Made by a program: the position numbers and the translations under genes | Assembly: GCF_043950625.1 (NCBI RefSeq) | Contig: NZ_CP171007.1 | Direction: 5' to 3' (one strand) | Length of the DNA stretch: 32,000 nt | Source: Alkanindiges sp. WGS2144 | Lineage (GTDB): Bacteria; Pseudomonadota; Gammaproteobacteria; Pseudomonadales; Moraxellaceae | The notes under the pieces: model-generated | Seen by the model: only the letters and a program-made list of their open reading frames with translations | Databases searched by the model: none | Told to the model about the DNA's origin: nothing | Part shown: one piece after another, positions 14,242-22,259 of the stretch | Position numbering within the stretch: position 1 is the first letter of the stretch | Layout: each line of letters opens with the position of its first letter

Positions 14242-14278
14242 AAGGAGAGTAACCAATGGTTGCTCTCCTTTTCTTTTT
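14242..14278 (+). terminator. rrn terminator T1
   Basis: AAGGAGAGTAACC-aatg-GGTTGCTCTCCTT (13-bp stem with one G-U pair) followed by ttcttttt. Confidence 0.8.
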
Positions 14279-14432
14279 AAGGGTCGTGCCTTGAGCTTAC
14301 TTTAAAGCACTGCTTTAAAGTAAGTGCAAGACAAGCAAAACGCGTCGTTCGGCCTTGCGACTGGGCAAAGCCTCAAAGCGACACTTTAAGTTTGCTAGTC
14401 CAGTCTCAGCGCATCGCCAGCTCATTTATTTT

Positions 14433-14468
14433 AGCCTCCGTAAGTTAACCTTACGGAGGCTTTTTGTT
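14433..14468 (+). terminator. Second Rho-independent terminator (T2) downstream of the duplicated 5S tail
   Basis: AGCCTCCGTAAG-ttaac-CTTACGGAGGCT (perfect 12-bp stem) followed by ttttgttt. Confidence 0.8.
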
Positions 14469-14604
14469 TAAGGAATTGACCTGAGCAAGCAATAAGAGCC
14501 CTTTGTTGCAAAGATGGTAATTCTTTTTTTATATTACTCTCTTTTATTCAAATTAAACTTCGGCTATTTTGCTTTACCTAAGTATTGAAAGAACTTTTTA
14601 ATTC

Positions 14605-16146
14605 ATGAAAACGAAGCAAGCTTTTTTACGGCGATATTTGCTGGGTATTTTTACCATGCTCGCTTTATTAAGTGGCTGTGGTGGCGGAGGTTCGGGCAAT
14701 AACCCTCAGGATAAGGGTAATGGATCAGGTGAACCGTCAACACCTGTGCCGCCTCTACCAGAGCTATCTACTGATGACCCAGCAAGAACTATTAAATTGA
14801 CTGTGGATAATACGGTAGCGGAAAATGGTAATGTGCTGTTTACGCTTGATTTATCTTCTTTAGTGCGCACAGAATTTGCCTTCAGATAATACTTTACATG
14901 ATTTTGCCCAGCAAACCTGTAAGACCGGCCAGGAGGCCAGTTTTAGTTATATCGCCTTGCTGTTGGAAAAAGGCGAAGAAACCAGAACACTCAGTGTGTC
15001 AGTTGGCTGTAAAAATCTGCTCAAAGGTTACTTACAAGAATTAGAGGCAGGCAACTGGACACTAACAGCGACGGTGTATGATAAAAACTATCAACCAAGA
15101 TTTGCAGCCCATAGCATGCTAAAAGTGGTTGCTCAGAAAAAATTAACTACCCCACTAGTATTTGAGGATACCTCAACGGGACCACTGTTTATCAATAATA
15201 GAGCACCTGAATATGCAGTTTATGAGTCATCATTTGTGTCCGTTCCAGTGTTGCAGCCTTTTCCCGGTAATTTTGCGAGTATAGTAGGCAGCCCTGATGA
15301 TTATATCAGTGCCGGGCAGCAATACGCTTACCAAGGTAATGAGTTCTCTTTAAGTGGTTTTAAGAATCTCCTCTACCTACAGACTAATGAAGGCTATGAT
15401 GACTGGACGAGTAGCATTGCTTTACCTTACCTGAAATTAGAGCAGGAATCTATGCGGATTTAAACCGCTACTCCTTTCATAATCCATTGAAAGGTGGCTT
15501 TGATTGGTCAGGCAAAGGCAGAGGCAGAGGGTGTAATCAATCCCGCAGCTGGCTTGCGGTTGATCAGGTAAGTTACGAGGCAGGTAGCTTAAAAGCCATT
15601 GATTATCGGTTTGGTCAGCATTGTGAGAATAATCCTGATACCGTGCTGCTGGGTATGGTGCATTGGAAAGCCTCGCCTAGTCATGTTGGATTTAACTGGC
15701 AACCTGCACCAGATGCAATACCTGCTGTTGATAATTATATTTATTTAGACAGTGAGGTTGGGGATTATATTGGTATGGGGGAACGAAATTTGTTTACGCC
15801 ACGTGATACCCTGATTTCTGTTAGCTCAACTGACAATGTATTAAATATTACTGTGCATGGTGATAGTGTTTGGTCTGGTACGTTTGCACTGCCGGATGCA
15901 AACAAAAAATTATCGAAAGGTAAGTACATTGATCTAAAACGCTATCCTTTTCACAATCCTATTAAGGGCGGACTGAACTGGGATGGAGATGGCCGTGGCT
16001 GTAACACATTAACTGGCTGGTTTATTATTGATGATGTCAGCTATGTAGATGGTCGCTTGAAATCTATTGATCTACGCTTTGAGCAGCATTGTGACAATAA
16101 TATTGGTGGGCTACGCGGCAAGGTACATTGGGTAGATACTAAGTAA
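14605..16146 (+). pseudogene. Repeat-domain lipoprotein gene interrupted by two frameshifts (three ORF fragments: 14605-14889, 14876-15463, 15487-16146)
   Basis: Fragment 1 has a lipobox signal peptide (…MLALLSGC followed by a G/S/P-rich linker). Fragments 2 and 3 start on TTG with no SD. The fragment 3 reading frame is open from 15415, and its upstream residues continue the repeated module. Deleting one copy of the 5-bp tandem repeat at 15422-15431 joins fragments 2 and 3 into …WTSSIALPEIRAGIYADLNRYSFHNPLKGGFDW, which aligns with …WSGTFALPDANKKLSKGKYIDLKRYPFHNPIKGGLNW in the second module. Confidence 0.7.
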
Positions 16147-16171
16147 ATTAGGTAACCGGAACCAAATACAG

Positions 16172-16190
16172 AGCCAGCCTAGAGCTGGCT
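16172..16190 (+). terminator. Weak hairpin after the lipoprotein gene, overlapping the LysR stop
   Basis: AGCCAGC-ctaga-GCTGGCT followed by ttgtgc. The stem is short and the U-tract poor. Confidence 0.3.
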
Positions 16191-17093
16191 TTGTGCTAAT
16201 ACAGTAGGCAACTCTTCAACCAGATAGTCAATAAAAACCCTTACTGCTGGCAGCATGCCCCGCCGTGATGGATAAACTGCATGAAATGTGCCTTGTGCGA
16301 GTTTCCAGTCACTGAGTACAACCTCGAGCCTTCCTGTTCTAACCTGTTGAGCGCACATGGTTTCTGGCAGTAAGGCAATGCCAAGGCCTTGTTCAGCAAA
16401 ACATGTGAGCATATGAAAATTTGAACCCATAACGGTAGGTTGAATTTTGATACGCTTTACCTGCCCTGTCTGATCTTCCAGCATCCAATGCTGATTTATC
16501 TCGTCTTCACTCATACTTAAGGTAGTATGTTGGGTTAATTGTTCTGGCTGATTGGGGCGACCATACTGGTTTAAATAGTTAGTGGAGGCCACCAGCCGAT
16601 GATTAATCTGTCCAAAACGCCGGATAATGAAAGAAGCGTCTTCATCTAGTTGTGAGCGTACTCGCAATGCAACGTCAATGCCTTCATTGATAATATCCAC
16701 GCGGCGATTACTAACCATCAATTGTATTTTGACATCTGGATAACGCTGTAAGAATCTGGGCAGGATATACACCATTTCCTGTTCGGCAATATTTACGGGC
16801 ACACTGACCCGAATTGTGCCGCGTGGCTCGGCCTGCAAATGATCAATTGCTTCCTGAGCTGCTTGTGCCTCCATTAGCATGGCGCGTGCATGGTGGTAAA
16901 CCCGCATACCAATATCAGTAACAGCAAATTGTCTTGAGGTTCGCTGAATTAATCGTACTCCGAGTTGTTGCTCAAGACTTTGAACACGGCGACTGAGCCG
17001 GGATTTTGGTATACCCGTTGCGCGTTCGGTTGCGCTAAAGCCGTTGTGCTCTACCACCAGTGCAAACCAGTAATAATCGTTAAAGTCAGTCAT
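16179..17093 (-). CDS. LysR family transcriptional regulator
   Basis: 304 aa. The N-terminal wHTH is FALVVEHNGFSATERATGIPKSRLSRRVQSLEQQLGVRLIQRTSRQFAVTDIG, followed by a typical LysR substrate-binding domain of the expected length. Confidence 0.9.
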   Translation of the reverse strand: MTDFNDYYWFALVVEHNGFSATERATGIPKSRLSRRVQSLEQQLGVRLIQRTSRQFAVTDIGMRVYHHARAMLMEAQAAQEAIDHLQAEPRGTIRVSVPVNIAEQEMVYILPRFLQRYPDVKIQLMVSNRRVDIINEGIDVALRVRSQLDEDASFIIRRFGQINHRLVASTNYLNQYGRPNQPEQLTQHTTLSMSEDEINQHWMLEDQTGQVKRIKIQPTVMGSNFHMLTCFAEQGLGIALLPETMCAQQVRTGRLEVVLSDWKLAQGTFHAVYPSRRGMLPAVRVFIDYLVEELPTVLAQSQL

Positions 17094-17158
17094 GTGTTCT
17101 TATCCTGATGATAATTAGCTGGTTGTAGCAAGGTAGAGTTTCCGGATGAGTGTTTTAT

Positions 17159-18076
17159 TCAAGCCTGCGTATGATGGCGGATAAAATCGCGAATTTCCAC
17201 CAGTGCCTGTTCTGCCATGTCAACCCAGGAGCTAAACATCTGGAATACATGCCACATACCAGGGTAAACATTCAACACAACAGGGCTGTTGTTCACTTCT
17301 GCCAGCGCCTTAAAACGGTTGGCGTCATCAAGCAGAATTTCTTTGCTTCCTACTTGCACCAGTGTAGGCGGAAGTCCGGATAAATCAGCAAACAAAGGCG
17401 ATACTAGAGGATCACCCAGCCTATATTGCTCTCCAGCATAGTAACGACTGCCTTGCGCTAATAACTCCCGGTTAAGCATGGCATCAAGTTTCTGATTCAT
17501 CAGCATGGACTCGCCACTTAAGGTCAAGTCCAGAAAAGGCGACATTAATACCATGGCTGAGGGCAACATGACATTTTCGTCTCTAAGCGCCAGCACTGCT
17601 GCCAGCACCAGATTGCCACCGCAGGAATCACCAGAAATGGTGATGTTTTTTGCATCATAACCTTTCATGATCAGGGCCATATAGGCTTCTTTCACTGCAT
17701 GCATGGCTGCTGGACAGGGATATTCAGGTGCCAGCGGATAATCCAGCACGTATACTGTAGCGCCAGTTTGAGCGGCCATCTGGCTGGCTAATGCGCGATG
17801 AGTATCAGGGCCACCCAGAAAAAACACCCCACCATGAATATGTAAAACTACCCGTGAAGAAGGTTTTTCATGGTTGATGTGGTGGCGTTCGGCATGATAA
17901 GTACCCAGTTTTACCTGAGAGATACGCACGTCTGGGTGCACGGAGAAGCTTTTGCTCAAGGTTGATAGGCTTTGGCGTAGCACTGAGGGCGGAAGATGAT
18001 ACTGACTGGGAAATTTGCAGGCTAACTTGAGTATTTTTTCAATTGCATAGCGTTTAAAGTATTCAGGAAAAGCCAT
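17159..18076 (-). CDS. Alpha/beta hydrolase, family IV (HSL-like) esterase/lipase
   Basis: Oxyanion motif HIHGGVFFLGG, nucleophile elbow GDSCGGN, and a C-terminal GMWHVF (catalytic His). I place the start at MAFPEYF (ATG complement of 18074-18076) because GGAG lies 5 nt upstream. The track ORF extends to 18163 through a Cys/Ile-rich, unlikely extension. Confidence 0.85.
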   Translation of the reverse strand: MAFPEYFKRYAIEKILKLACKFPSQYHLPPSVLRQSLSTLSKSFSVHPDVRISQVKLGTYHAERHHINHEKPSSRVVLHIHGGVFFLGGPDTHRALASQMAAQTGATVYVLDYPLAPEYPCPAAMHAVKEAYMALIMKGYDAKNITISGDSCGGNLVLAAVLALRDENVMLPSAMVLMSPFLDLTLSGESMLMNQKLDAMLNRELLAQGSRYYAGEQYRLGDPLVSPLFADLSGLPPTLVQVGSKEILLDDANRFKALAEVNNSPVVLNVYPGMWHVFQMFSSWVDMAEQALVEIRDFIRHHTQA

Positions 18077-18227
18077 AAGTACTCCACAATGTATAAAATT
18101 TAAGCAATAAATAAGTAAATAATGAAAGATAACTTTACATCTAAATACTCGTGAGTCACACAATGATATTGAAGCAATTTATAATCAGATTATGATAAAG
18201 CGAGTAATATACTATAAGGATGTTGAG

Positions 18228-18668
18228 ATGCGTCGTTTTGCTTTAGTGTCAATCATGATGGCGGTAAGTGCTGCGACTTTTGCCGCAGATCAGCTGGATG
18301 GAAGCGTTTGGAGAACCATTGACGATAAAACGGGCAAGCCGCGTGCTATGGTTAAATTTACTGAAACAAATGGCAGCCTAAGCGGTACGGTACAAAGCCT
18401 GCTGGATAAGAATGCCACCAAAGTATGCGAAAAATGCACCGGTAATCTTAAAAATAAACCTGTGGTTGGTATGACGCTGGTTCATGGTTTAAGAGCAGTT
18501 GATGGCGTTAAAAACAGCTACGATTATGGCAGCATTCTGGACCCCAAGTCCGGTAAGACTTACAAATTAAAAGGCACACTGTCTGATGATGGTAAAACCT
18601 TTAATTTAAGAGGTTATCTGGGTGTGTCACTACTGGGCCGAAATCAGGTATGGCAGCGTGTTCAGTAA
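18228..18668 (+). CDS. Secreted DUF2147-like protein
   Basis: Signal peptide MRRFALVSIMMAVSAATFAAD, then GSVWRTIDDKTGKPRAMVKF…GSLSGTVQSL…YDYGSILDPKSGKTYKLKG…LRGYLGVSLLGRNQVW. I recognise this as the DUF2147 pattern; unverified. The start is chosen at the ATG at 18228 (aagga 7 nt upstream); the track ORF begins at 18192. Confidence 0.75.
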   Translation: MRRFALVSIMMAVSAATFAADQLDGSVWRTIDDKTGKPRAMVKFTETNGSLSGTVQSLLDKNATKVCEKCTGNLKNKPVVGMTLVHGLRAVDGVKNSYDYGSILDPKSGKTYKLKGTLSDDGKTFNLRGYLGVSLLGRNQVWQRVQ

Positions 18669-18711
18669 GCTTGCTTATAGCGAAGTATAGTTTTATATCC
18701 ATATTATAAAA

Positions 18712-18737
18712 GTGCTGCCCGAGGGTGGCATTTTTTA
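18712..18737 (+). terminator. Probable terminator of the DUF2147-like gene
   Basis: gtgctgcc-cgag-ggtggca (7-bp stem including two G-U pairs) followed by tttttt. Confidence 0.45.
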
Positions 18738-18743
18738 TGGCTG

Positions 18744-19763
18744 TTATTTATATGGAGTTGTTGTTTTAGCGGGTAGATTCTGAAGACGCCAGTGATGAGG
18801 TGTCTGTCCTGTCCATTGTTTAAATGCACGCTGAAAAGCACTTTGTTCGGAGTAGGCCAGCAGCAGGGCAATATCAATCAGGCTTAAACTGGTGTCCTGT
18901 AAGTATTGTTTGGCCAGGGTTTCACGTACTTGCGCCAGCCGTTGTTGAAAACTGTAGTGGCGTTTGCTGAGCTCACGTTGTAGACCGCGTACCGACAGGT
19001 GCATTTTCTGGGCAATGTCGTCAATCTGAATACTGCCTTGATGTACTGCCTGGGTAATATATTGCTGAAGTTGCCGGTCAAAAAAATCATGCTCAGGGAG
19101 TTCATGCAGCAGACTTGCGGCCTGCGAATCCAGTAATTGCTGGAGTGCCTGATCAGCGCCTCTTACTGGCAGGTTTAACAGGTGTAGGGGAAAGATAATC
19201 CGGGTACGTGTGGAGTCGAATAACACGGGGCAGCCAAAATAATTTTGATAAACCTGTATCTGCGTAACAGGGGGATTAACAAACTCTATGCGTGACAGGG
19301 TGAGGGAGTGAGGGATAATCAGCTGTTCAGTAATGTTTTTAAACAGGGCAATAGCCGTTTCATCGACCAGTTGGCCGGGCTTGCCAGCAGCAATGCCCCA
19401 ACTGATTTCAATCTGCTGATGATGCATGTGTATTTGTAAGTCATTACAATCATAAGCCAGCCGATGGTAACGTTCAAAACGTTGCAGGGCATCTCCCAGG
19501 TTCTGGCAGGATAAACCTAAATACCCCAGAATTCCAATGTGCGCCGGTTTGATTAATTTGGCAATATGCAATCCCAGGGCAGGTTGCTGATATTGTTTAT
19601 TGACCTCTTGCAGCATGTTTTGCCAAATATGAAAGGGAATACGCTGACTGCTCTGATATAACTGGCAGGATTCAGGCGTCTTGAGCTGGCGTTGGGCGCA
19701 AAAACTGCCAACTAATTCAGCCAGGCCACCATTTACCGATTCACGATTAAAGCCAAACGCCAT
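18744..19763 (-). CDS. AraC family transcriptional regulator with an N-terminal ligand-binding-type domain
   Basis: 339 aa. The C-terminal dual HTH region contains IDDIAQKMHLSVRGLQRELSK… and LSLIDIALLLAYSEQSAFQRAFKQWTGQTPHHWR. Confidence 0.88.
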   Translation of the reverse strand: MAFGFNRESVNGGLAELVGSFCAQRQLKTPESCQLYQSSQRIPFHIWQNMLQEVNKQYQQPALGLHIAKLIKPAHIGILGYLGLSCQNLGDALQRFERYHRLAYDCNDLQIHMHHQQIEISWGIAAGKPGQLVDETAIALFKNITEQLIIPHSLTLSRIEFVNPPVTQIQVYQNYFGCPVLFDSTRTRIIFPLHLLNLPVRGADQALQQLLDSQAASLLHELPEHDFFDRQLQQYITQAVHQGSIQIDDIAQKMHLSVRGLQRELSKRHYSFQQRLAQVRETLAKQYLQDTSLSLIDIALLLAYSEQSAFQRAFKQWTGQTPHHWRLQNLPAKTTTPYK

Positions 19764-19790
19764 GTCCTTTCCTTTAGTGTGTGTCGTATT

Positions 19791-19828
19791 TGGTCAATTT
19801 AACGGTGATTATGGTCAAGAACTGGTCA
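19791..19828 (+). promoter_or_regulatory. Three direct TGGTCA(A/G) repeats in the AraC/hydroxylase divergent intergenic region (candidate operator)
   Basis: TGGTCA occurs at 19791-19796, 19812-19817 and 19823-19828. Centre-to-centre spacings are 21 and 11 bp, i.e. two and one helical turns. They lie between divergent starts at 19763 (-) and 19892 (+). Confidence 0.4.
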
Positions 19829-19891
19829 GCTTTTCAAGGCAAAATAGTTGTTAATTTAATCATGCAATCATTGAACAAGGAGTGCCGGGCC

Positions 19892-20563
19892 ATGCTAAAG
19901 GGTTTTATTGCAGGGGTGCTAATTTCCAATGCCTTTGAGTGGGTGGCGCATAAGTATATTTTACATGGGGTTCACCGTAAGGGGCAGCCACGCTTTAGTC
20001 CAAGTCCTGCCAGCATGAACAGCCACTGGACGCATCATCGTTTGGTACGTAAGCAGCAGTTTAATGATGAAGGCTATGTGGAAGGCCTGAAAAATGAGCG
20101 TACCCGGCTGGAATTGCTGTCATTGGTAGTGGTTGCCAGTACAGCCAGCACACTGGCCTATCCATTTTCCAAAGGGATGGCCTTAAGTTTCTGGTATTGT
20201 GCCGGCAAATATTTTTATGTCCATCGCCGTGCGCATTTGGAGCCAGACTGGGCAAAAAACCGGATTCCCTGGCATTATGATCATCATATGAATAGCAATC
20301 AGGATGCCAACTGGTGCGTGACCCGCCCGTGGTTTGACTATGTGATGGGAACCCGGGTGGCCTCTACGAATGAACTGATGGAGTCCAACTTGCTGGGTAT
20401 GCGCTTGCCGTTATTTATTGAAAAACTATTCAACGCCTGGTCAAGAAAAAAGCTGCCTGGTGTATTTGCTACGCTGGAAAAGAATTTACAGCTTGAGCAG
20501 AAGGCTCAAAAAGCACTGGAACAGGACAGTAAAGTCACTCAGCAAGTAGAACCAGCCGCCTAA
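19892..20563 (+). CDS. Fatty-acid hydroxylase superfamily (CrtZ-like) membrane di-iron oxygenase
   Basis: His boxes AHKYILHG, HWTHHR, HRRAH and HYDHH match the HX3-4H / HX2HH pattern. Hydrophobic segments are present. The start is chosen at ATG 19892 (AAGGAG 9 nt upstream); the track ORF extends to 19781 on an alternative start. Confidence 0.75.
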   Translation: MLKGFIAGVLISNAFEWVAHKYILHGVHRKGQPRFSPSPASMNSHWTHHRLVRKQQFNDEGYVEGLKNERTRLELLSLVVVASTASTLAYPFSKGMALSFWYCAGKYFYVHRRAHLEPDWAKNRIPWHYDHHMNSNQDANWCVTRPWFDYVMGTRVASTNELMESNLLGMRLPLFIEKLFNAWSRKKLPGVFATLEKNLQLEQKAQKALEQDSKVTQQVEPAA

Positions 20564-20677
20564 ATAGACGAAAGTTTTTGAAAAAGCAGGAATTGATACG
20601 GTTTTGACATAGTGTAGCAGGCAACTTTTGGTTAAAATTTGCATCATTGTATTTTAAGTCAAAAAGAGCCTGAGCCT

Positions 20678-22258
20678 ATGACTGCTGCAACTTCCCCTAA
20701 AATCCCTCATGTATTGGTTATTCTGGATGGTATTGGTCATCGTGAAGAGCGAAAAGACAATGCTTACCTTGCGGCCAATACACCCAATCTTGATGCAATT
20801 AAAGCCCATCATCCGCATGGGCTGGTTTCAGGTTCGGGGGAGGATGTGGGGCTGCCAGAAGGCCAGTTTGGTAACAGCGAAGTTGGCCATATGAATCTGG
20901 GTGCTGGACGCGTGCTGTATCAGGATTCTACCAAAATTAGCAAGCAAATCCGTGAGGGGCAGTTTTTTGAACATGCGGTTTTGGTGGATGCAGTAGAAAA
21001 AGCCAAAGCCAGTGGCGGCAACCTGCATATTCTGGGCTTGTTGTCGGACGGCGGTGTGCATGCCCACATTGATCATATAGTGGCCATGAGCCAACTGGCC
21101 GCCCAGCGTGGTGTGAATGTTCTGGTGCATGCCTTTTTGGATGGCCGAGATACCCCACCAAAAAGTGCTGAAAAATATATTGCTGAATTTGAAGAAAAAG
21201 CCGCACAGATTAATGCCGCTAACAAAGGACAAGTCCGCATTGCCAGCCTGATTGGCCGTTATTTTGCCATGGATCGTGATGAGCGCTGGGATCGAGTGGA
21301 ACAGGCCTATCGCCTGCTGACTGAAGGCCATGCCACGCGCCATGCTGTCACCGCGCTGGCAGGGCTGGCACAAGCATATGCGCAGGATGAAACCGATGAG
21401 TTTGTTAAAGCCACCACAGTGGGTGAGCCAGCAACTGTGCAGGACGGTGACAGCATTGTATTTATGAACTTCCGTGCTGATCGTGCCCGTGAAATTACCC
21501 GTGCGTTTGTGGAAGATGATTTTGTGGGCTTTAAACGTGCAAAGCGTCCGCAGCTGGCTGATTTTGTGATGCTGACCCGTTATGCCAAAACTATCCCGGC
21601 AAATGTGGCTTATATGCCTGAAGATTTGCACAATTCTTTGGGTGAGTATGTGGCCAGTTTGGGCAAAACCCAGTTACGGATTGCTGAAACTGAGAAATAT
21701 GCCCACGTCACTTTTTTCTTTAGTGGTGGTCGTGAAGAACCGTTTGCTGGTGAGCAACGTATTTTGATCAAGTCACCCAATGTGGCGACCTATGATTTAA
21801 AACCGGAAATGAGTGCGTTTGAGGTGACTGATGAGCTGGTCAAAGCCATTGAGTCCGGTGAGTATGACTTGCTGGTGGTCAACTATGCCAATGGTGATAT
21901 GGTAGGGCATACTGGCGTTTTTGATGCTGCGGTTAAGGCAGTAGAAGCACTGGATCAGTGCATGGGCCGGGTATATCAAGCAGTGATGGCACAGGGCGGC
22001 CATATGCTGATTACTGCGGACCATGGTAATGTTGAGCAAATGATGGATTATGACAGCGGCCAGGTGCATACCCAGCATACTACTGAATTTGTTCCACTGA
22101 TTTATGTTGGCTCTACGGGAGCTGTCATTGAGCAAGGTGGTGTGCTGGCAGATGTGGCGCCTACCTTGCTCAATTTGATGCAAATTCCGGTACCGCAAGA
22201 GATGACAGGCCGAAATCTGGTGCATTTAGAGGATACACCCCTTCAGGCAGTCATTTAA
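20678..22258 (+). CDS. gpmI: 2,3-bisphosphoglycerate-independent phosphoglycerate mutase
   Basis: [11 protein letters not shown]…[14 protein letters not shown]…[10 protein letters not shown]…[17 protein letters not shown]…[10 protein letters not shown]…ADHGN are hallmark iPGM motifs. The start is chosen at MTAATSPK (20678); the track ORF starts at TTG 20639. Confidence 0.95.
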   Translation: MTAATSPKIPHVLVILDGIGHREERKDNAYLAANTPNLDAIKAHHPHGLVSGSGEDVGLPEGQFGNSEVGHMNLGAGRVLYQDSTKISKQIREGQFFEHAVLVDAVEKAKASGGNLHILGLLSDGGVHAHIDHIVAMSQLAAQRGVNVLVHAFLDGRDTPPKSAEKYIAEFEEKAAQINAANKGQVRIASLIGRYFAMDRDERWDRVEQAYRLLTEGHATRHAVTALAGLAQAYAQDETDEFVKATTVGEPATVQDGDSIVFMNFRADRAREITRAFVEDDFVGFKRAKRPQLADFVMLTRYAKTIPANVAYMPEDLHNSLGEYVASLGKTQLRIAETEKYAHVTFFFSGGREEPFAGEQRILIKSPNVATYDLKPEMSAFEVTDELVKAIESGEYDLLVVNYANGDMVGHTGVFDAAVKAVEALDQCMGRVYQAVMAQGGHMLITADHGNVEQMMDYDSGQVHTQHTTEFVPLIYVGSTGAVIEQGGVLADVAPTLLNLMQIPVPQEMTGRNLVHLEDTPLQAVI

Positions 22259-22259
22259 T

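Noticed and set aside
14864-15463. Programmed ribosomal frameshifting as an explanation for the split lipoprotein ORFs.
   Set aside because: There is no slippery heptamer or stimulatory structure at either site. One lesion is a plain 5-bp duplication. Two different shift types in one gene fit decay better.
15275-16143. The two lipoprotein modules as a template-repeat/variable-repeat pair of a diversity-generating retroelement.
   Set aside because: The nucleotide copies are highly diverged at all base types, and no reverse transcriptase gene is present.
17159-18163. The N-terminal extensions offered by the ORF track for the esterase. The same applies to the hydroxylase (19781), gpmI (20639), gacA (27442), hom (31419) and the DUF2147-like gene (18192).
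   Set aside because: The extensions lack SD sequences, start on alternative codons or encode implausible peptides. Internal starts with good SD motifs match the family N-termini.
20828-21631. A 267-aa ORF antisense to gpmI, plus shorter ones at 20937-21206 and 21797-22225.
   Set aside because: The sense strand encodes a full-length iPGM with all hallmark motifs. The antisense product is His/Cys/Phe-rich and low-complexity, with no start context.
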